Origin: an uncultured Geobacter sp.
GTDB taxonomy: Bacteria; Desulfobacterota; Desulfuromonadia; Geobacterales; Pseudopelobacteraceae
Direction of reading: 5' to 3'
Assembly: GCA_964576485.1 (NCBI GenBank)
Contig: CAZNWF010000002.1
Location: 7,006 to 71,005, forward strand
DNA length: 64,000 bases
Shown here: positions 61,076-64,000 of the stretch, in pieces
Layout: each line of letters begins with the position of its first letter
How positions within the stretch are numbered: the stretch's first letter is position 1
Position numbers and translations under genes: made by a program
Notes under the pieces: model-generated
What the model saw: the letters and a program-made list of their open reading frames with translations, nothing else
Databases searched by the model: none
What the model was told of the DNA's origin: nothing

Positions 61076-61672
61076 ATGCGGGTAATTCAGCTGGCCAGAA
61101 ACCCCACAACCTACACCTGCCGTTCCTACCTGCTGCTGGGGGACTGGAACCAGATTGATGCCGTCAACACCCTGATTGATCCGGGCACCGATGGCTACAT
61201 CATGGATGAGATAGACCAGATTTACACCGGCTGCGGCAAGGTGCCGGTGGAACAGGTGCTGTTGACCCACAACCATTTTGATCATGCAGCTTCGGCGGAT
61301 CTTTTTAAACAGAAATATGGCGCCACGGTCTACGGCTGGGTGCCCGGTCCCGGCGTCGATGTACTTTTAAAGGACAATCAGGTCCTACGGGCCGGTGATG
61401 ACTACCTGGATGTACTGCACACACCTGGGCATTCCTCTGATTCTGTAGCGTTTTACTGTCAGTCACAGAAGCTGCTCTTTTCAGGCGACACCCAGTTACG
61501 CATCCGCACCGTAGGCGGCAAGTACACCAGGGACTATGTAGAGACCCTGGTCAAGCTGGCCCATCGGGAAATAGAGATGGTCTACCCTGGACACGATGAT
61601 CCCTTTGACAGTGATGTACGCTCATTACTTTTGAACACCCTGCAGAACGTCAGAAACAGCGAAATTGCGTAA
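61076..61672 (+). CDS. Metallo-beta-lactamase fold hydrolase
   Basis: LIDPG, THNHFDH, HTPGH, SGDT, PGH. Confidence 0.92.
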   Translation: MRVIQLARNPTTYTCRSYLLLGDWNQIDAVNTLIDPGTDGYIMDEIDQIYTGCGKVPVEQVLLTHNHFDHAASADLFKQKYGATVYGWVPGPGVDVLLKDNQVLRAGDDYLDVLHTPGHSSDSVAFYCQSQKLLFSGDTQLRIRTVGGKYTRDYVETLVKLAHREIEMVYPGHDDPFDSDVRSLLLNTLQNVRNSEIA

Positions 61673-61703
61673 CAGGTTCTAAATTTCAGAGGAGGTACAG
61701 AGT

Positions 61704-64000
61704 ATGCTGAAAAACATGAAGATTGGAAAACGGTTGGCTGTAGGATTTGCATCAGTACTAATATTATTAACCGTTATTTCAGTAGTAGCCTTCGTCAATG
61801 TCAACAAGCTGAACAGCTCCCTTGACAATCTGGTGAACGACAAAGTGGTCAAGACCACACTCCTTGCTACAACCAGAAACGAGGCCAACACCTCTGCCCG
61901 GGCCATTCGTAACATGCTGCTGGTCAGTGATCCAGCTGAACGCCAGAAAGAGCTGGCACGGGTGAATGAATCCGGTGAAAAGATCACAAAAGCACTGGAA
62001 GACCTTGAAAAAATTGTTCGTTCAGATACTGGCAAAAAGTTCTTTGCAGCTGTCAAGGACACACGCAGTAAGATGCGCATTGACCAGAAACAGGTCATTG
62101 ATCTGTCTCAGGCAGGTAAACGGGATGAGGCAATTAACCTCTTGGTGACTAAAGTACGTCAGTCTCAGGCTGATTACTTTAAGGCCATTAATGAAATGAT
62201 GGCTTACCAACAAAAAGAGATAGAGCACGTTGGAAAAGCTGGACAAAAACTTGCTGATACAACCACCACCATGATTATTGTGATGGGTATTGTAGCCCTG
62301 GTAATTGGTATCTTCATGGGCTGGTTCATCACCAACTCCATCGTCAAACCGGTTAATGCCTGTGTCGATGCAGCCAACAAGATTGCTGCCGGCAACACCG
62401 ATGTCCACCTTGACAGCACTGCCAAGGATGAAACCGGCATTCTGCAGACTGCCATGAACAAGATGGCCGAGGCGATCCAGGCCCTAATCAAAGATGCTGG
62501 TATGCTTTCCGACGCCGCCATAGCCGGTAAGTTAGCTACCCGCGCAGATGCAAGTAAGCATCAAGGTGACTTCCAGAAGATTGTAGTAGGGGTAAACGAA
62601 ACCCTTGATGCCGTAATAGGCCCCTTAAATGTGGCTGCCGAGTATGTTGACCGGATCAGTAAAGGCGATATTCCGCCCCGCATCACTGACAGCTACAGTG
62701 GTGACTTCAACGAAATCAAGAACAACCTGAACGGCTGTATTGATGCCGTCAATGCCTTAGTGTCAGATGCAAATATACTGGTAAATGCTGCAGTGGAAGG
62801 CAAACTTGCCACCCGCGCCGATGCCAGTAAACATATGGGGGACTTCCGTAAAATCGTCGCTGGCGTCAACGATACTCTTGATGCGGTGATCGGCCCCCTA
62901 AATGTGGCTGCCGAATATGTGGACCGGATCAGCAAGGGTGATATTCCGCCCCGTATCACTGACAGCTACAACGGCGACTTTAACGAAATCAAGAACAACC
63001 TGAACGGCTGCATTGATGCGGTGAATGCACTGGTTGCAGACGCCAACCTGCTAGCCAAGGCAGCAGTTGAAGGCAAACTGGCCACCCGCGCCGACGCTTC
63101 AAAACATCAAGGTGACTTCAGCGCCATTGTATCAGGCGTCAACAACACCCTTAATGCTGTTATCGGCCCGCTGAATGTTGCAGCCGAGTACGTTGACCGG
63201 ATCAGTAAAGGTGATATGCCCAAGATCATCACCGACAACTACAATGGCGATTTTAACGATATTAAGAACAATCTGAACGTGCTGATAGAAGCCACCAACG
63301 GCATCACCGCCAATGCCAAACAGGTAGCTCAGGGTAACCTGATGATTGAACTGAAGAAGAGATCTGAAAATGACGACCTGATGGAATCTCTGGCCAATAT
63401 GGTAAACAAACTGAAGGAAATCGTCACCGAAGTACAATCAGCCGCCGATGCCGTTGCCACCGGCGGCCAGGAACTCTCTGCCACAGCCCAGACCCTGTCA
63501 CAAGGTGCAACTGAGCAGGCAGCCTCTGCAGAAGAGATCTCCTCCAGCATGGAAGAGATGTCCTCCAGCATCAAGCAGAATGCAGACAACGCCAGCCAGA
63601 CCGAGAAGATCTCCAACAAGTCCGCCACCGATGCCCGTGAAGGTGGTAAAGCGGTTAACCAGACCGTGGCAGCCATGAAAGAGATTGCCACCAAGATCAG
63701 CATTATTGAAGAGATCGCACGGCAGACCAACCTGTTGGCCCTTAACGCAGCCATTGAGGCTGCCCGGGCCGGTGAGCATGGTAAAGGCTTTGCTGTGGTG
63801 GCTAGCGAAGTCCGTAAACTGGCTGAACGCAGCCAGACTGCAGCCGGTGAAATCAGTGAATTGTCAGGCCGCAGTGTGCAGGTGGCTGAAGCAGCCGGTC
63901 AGATGCTGACCGCCATTCTGCCGGATATCCAGCGCACTGCCGAACTGGTGCAGGAGATCTCTGCATCCAGCAAAGAGCAGGATGCCGGAGCAGACCAGAT
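61704..64000 (+). CDS. Membrane MCP with periplasmic four-helix sensor and poly-HAMP repeats; 3' end runs off the window; not in the ORF track
   Basis: GAGGAGG + [20 protein letters not shown]1, TM2 near 62270-62335, tip [40 protein letters not shown]. Confidence 0.95.
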   Translation, partial: MLKNMKIGKRLAVGFASVLILLTVISVVAFVNVNKLNSSLDNLVNDKVVKTTLLATTRNEANTSARAIRNMLLVSDPAERQKELARVNESGEKITKALEDLEKIVRSDTGKKFFAAVKDTRSKMRIDQKQVIDLSQAGKRDEAINLLVTKVRQSQADYFKAINEMMAYQQKEIEHVGKAGQKLADTTTTMIIVMGIVALVIGIFMGWFITNSIVKPVNACVDAANKIAAGNTDVHLDSTAKDETGILQTAMNKMAEAIQALIKDAGMLSDAAIAGKLATRADASKHQGDFQKIVVGVNETLDAVIGPLNVAAEYVDRISKGDIPPRITDSYSGDFNEIKNNLNGCIDAVNALVSDANILVNAAVEGKLATRADASKHMGDFRKIVAGVNDTLDAVIGPLNVAAEYVDRISKGDIPPRITDSYNGDFNEIKNNLNGCIDAVNALVADANLLAKAAVEGKLATRADASKHQGDFSAIVSGVNNTLNAVIGPLNVAAEYVDRISKGDMPKIITDNYNGDFNDIKNNLNVLIEATNGITANAKQVAQGNLMIELKKRSENDDLMESLANMVNKLKEIVTEVQSAADAVATGGQELSATAQTLSQGATEQAASAEEISSSMEEMSSSIKQNADNASQTEKISNKSATDAREGGKAVNQTVAAMKEIATKISIIEEIARQTNLLALNAAIEAARAGEHGKGFAVVASEVRKLAERSQTAAGEISELSGRSVQVAEAAGQMLTAILPDIQRTAELVQEISASSKEQDAGADQ
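62480..63290 (+). repeat. Three tandem 273-bp (91-aa) HAMP-type repeats within the MCP
   Basis: ACCCGCGC at 62538, 62811 and 63084; repeated [15 protein letters not shown]...[17 protein letters not shown]. Confidence 0.92.

Overview
This looks like a gene-dense chromosomal region of a Geobacteraceae-type deltaproteobacterium. That assignment is an inference from gene content and from the comEC-GGDEF-hisS arrangement. Positions 1-50 kb are mostly housekeeping genes (greB, xseA, epmA-efp, infA, proS, ispG, guaAB, hrpB, rsmD-coaD, hisS, comEC, ptsP, ackA, ferredoxin, queH, rib genes, nrdR), mixed with signalling genes (two GGDEF, two HDOD, one PilZ). Three things stand out. (1) The GGDEF gene between comEC and hisS has the Asp->Ser signature of Hypr/GacA 3',3'-cGAMP synthases. 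(2) Directly behind hisS, coupled by ATGA overlaps, is a non-canonical cytochrome bd-superfamily pair: a CydA-like subunit with three fused c-hemes and no b558 His, plus a second CydA-like subunit. An octaheme OTR-type cytochrome follows. (3) From 50.3 kb to the end is a sigma54-linked chemosensory cluster with unusual parts: a P460-fold cytochrome lacking the cross-link Lys, a soluble double-tip MCP with a CheZ-like motif, a CheA with an MshEN-like insert, an N-terminally truncated CheR, an MBL hydrolase and a poly-HAMP MCP. I recognised no rRNA, tRNA, CRISPR array, transposase or integrase. All calls come from reading motifs by eye; no database searches were run.
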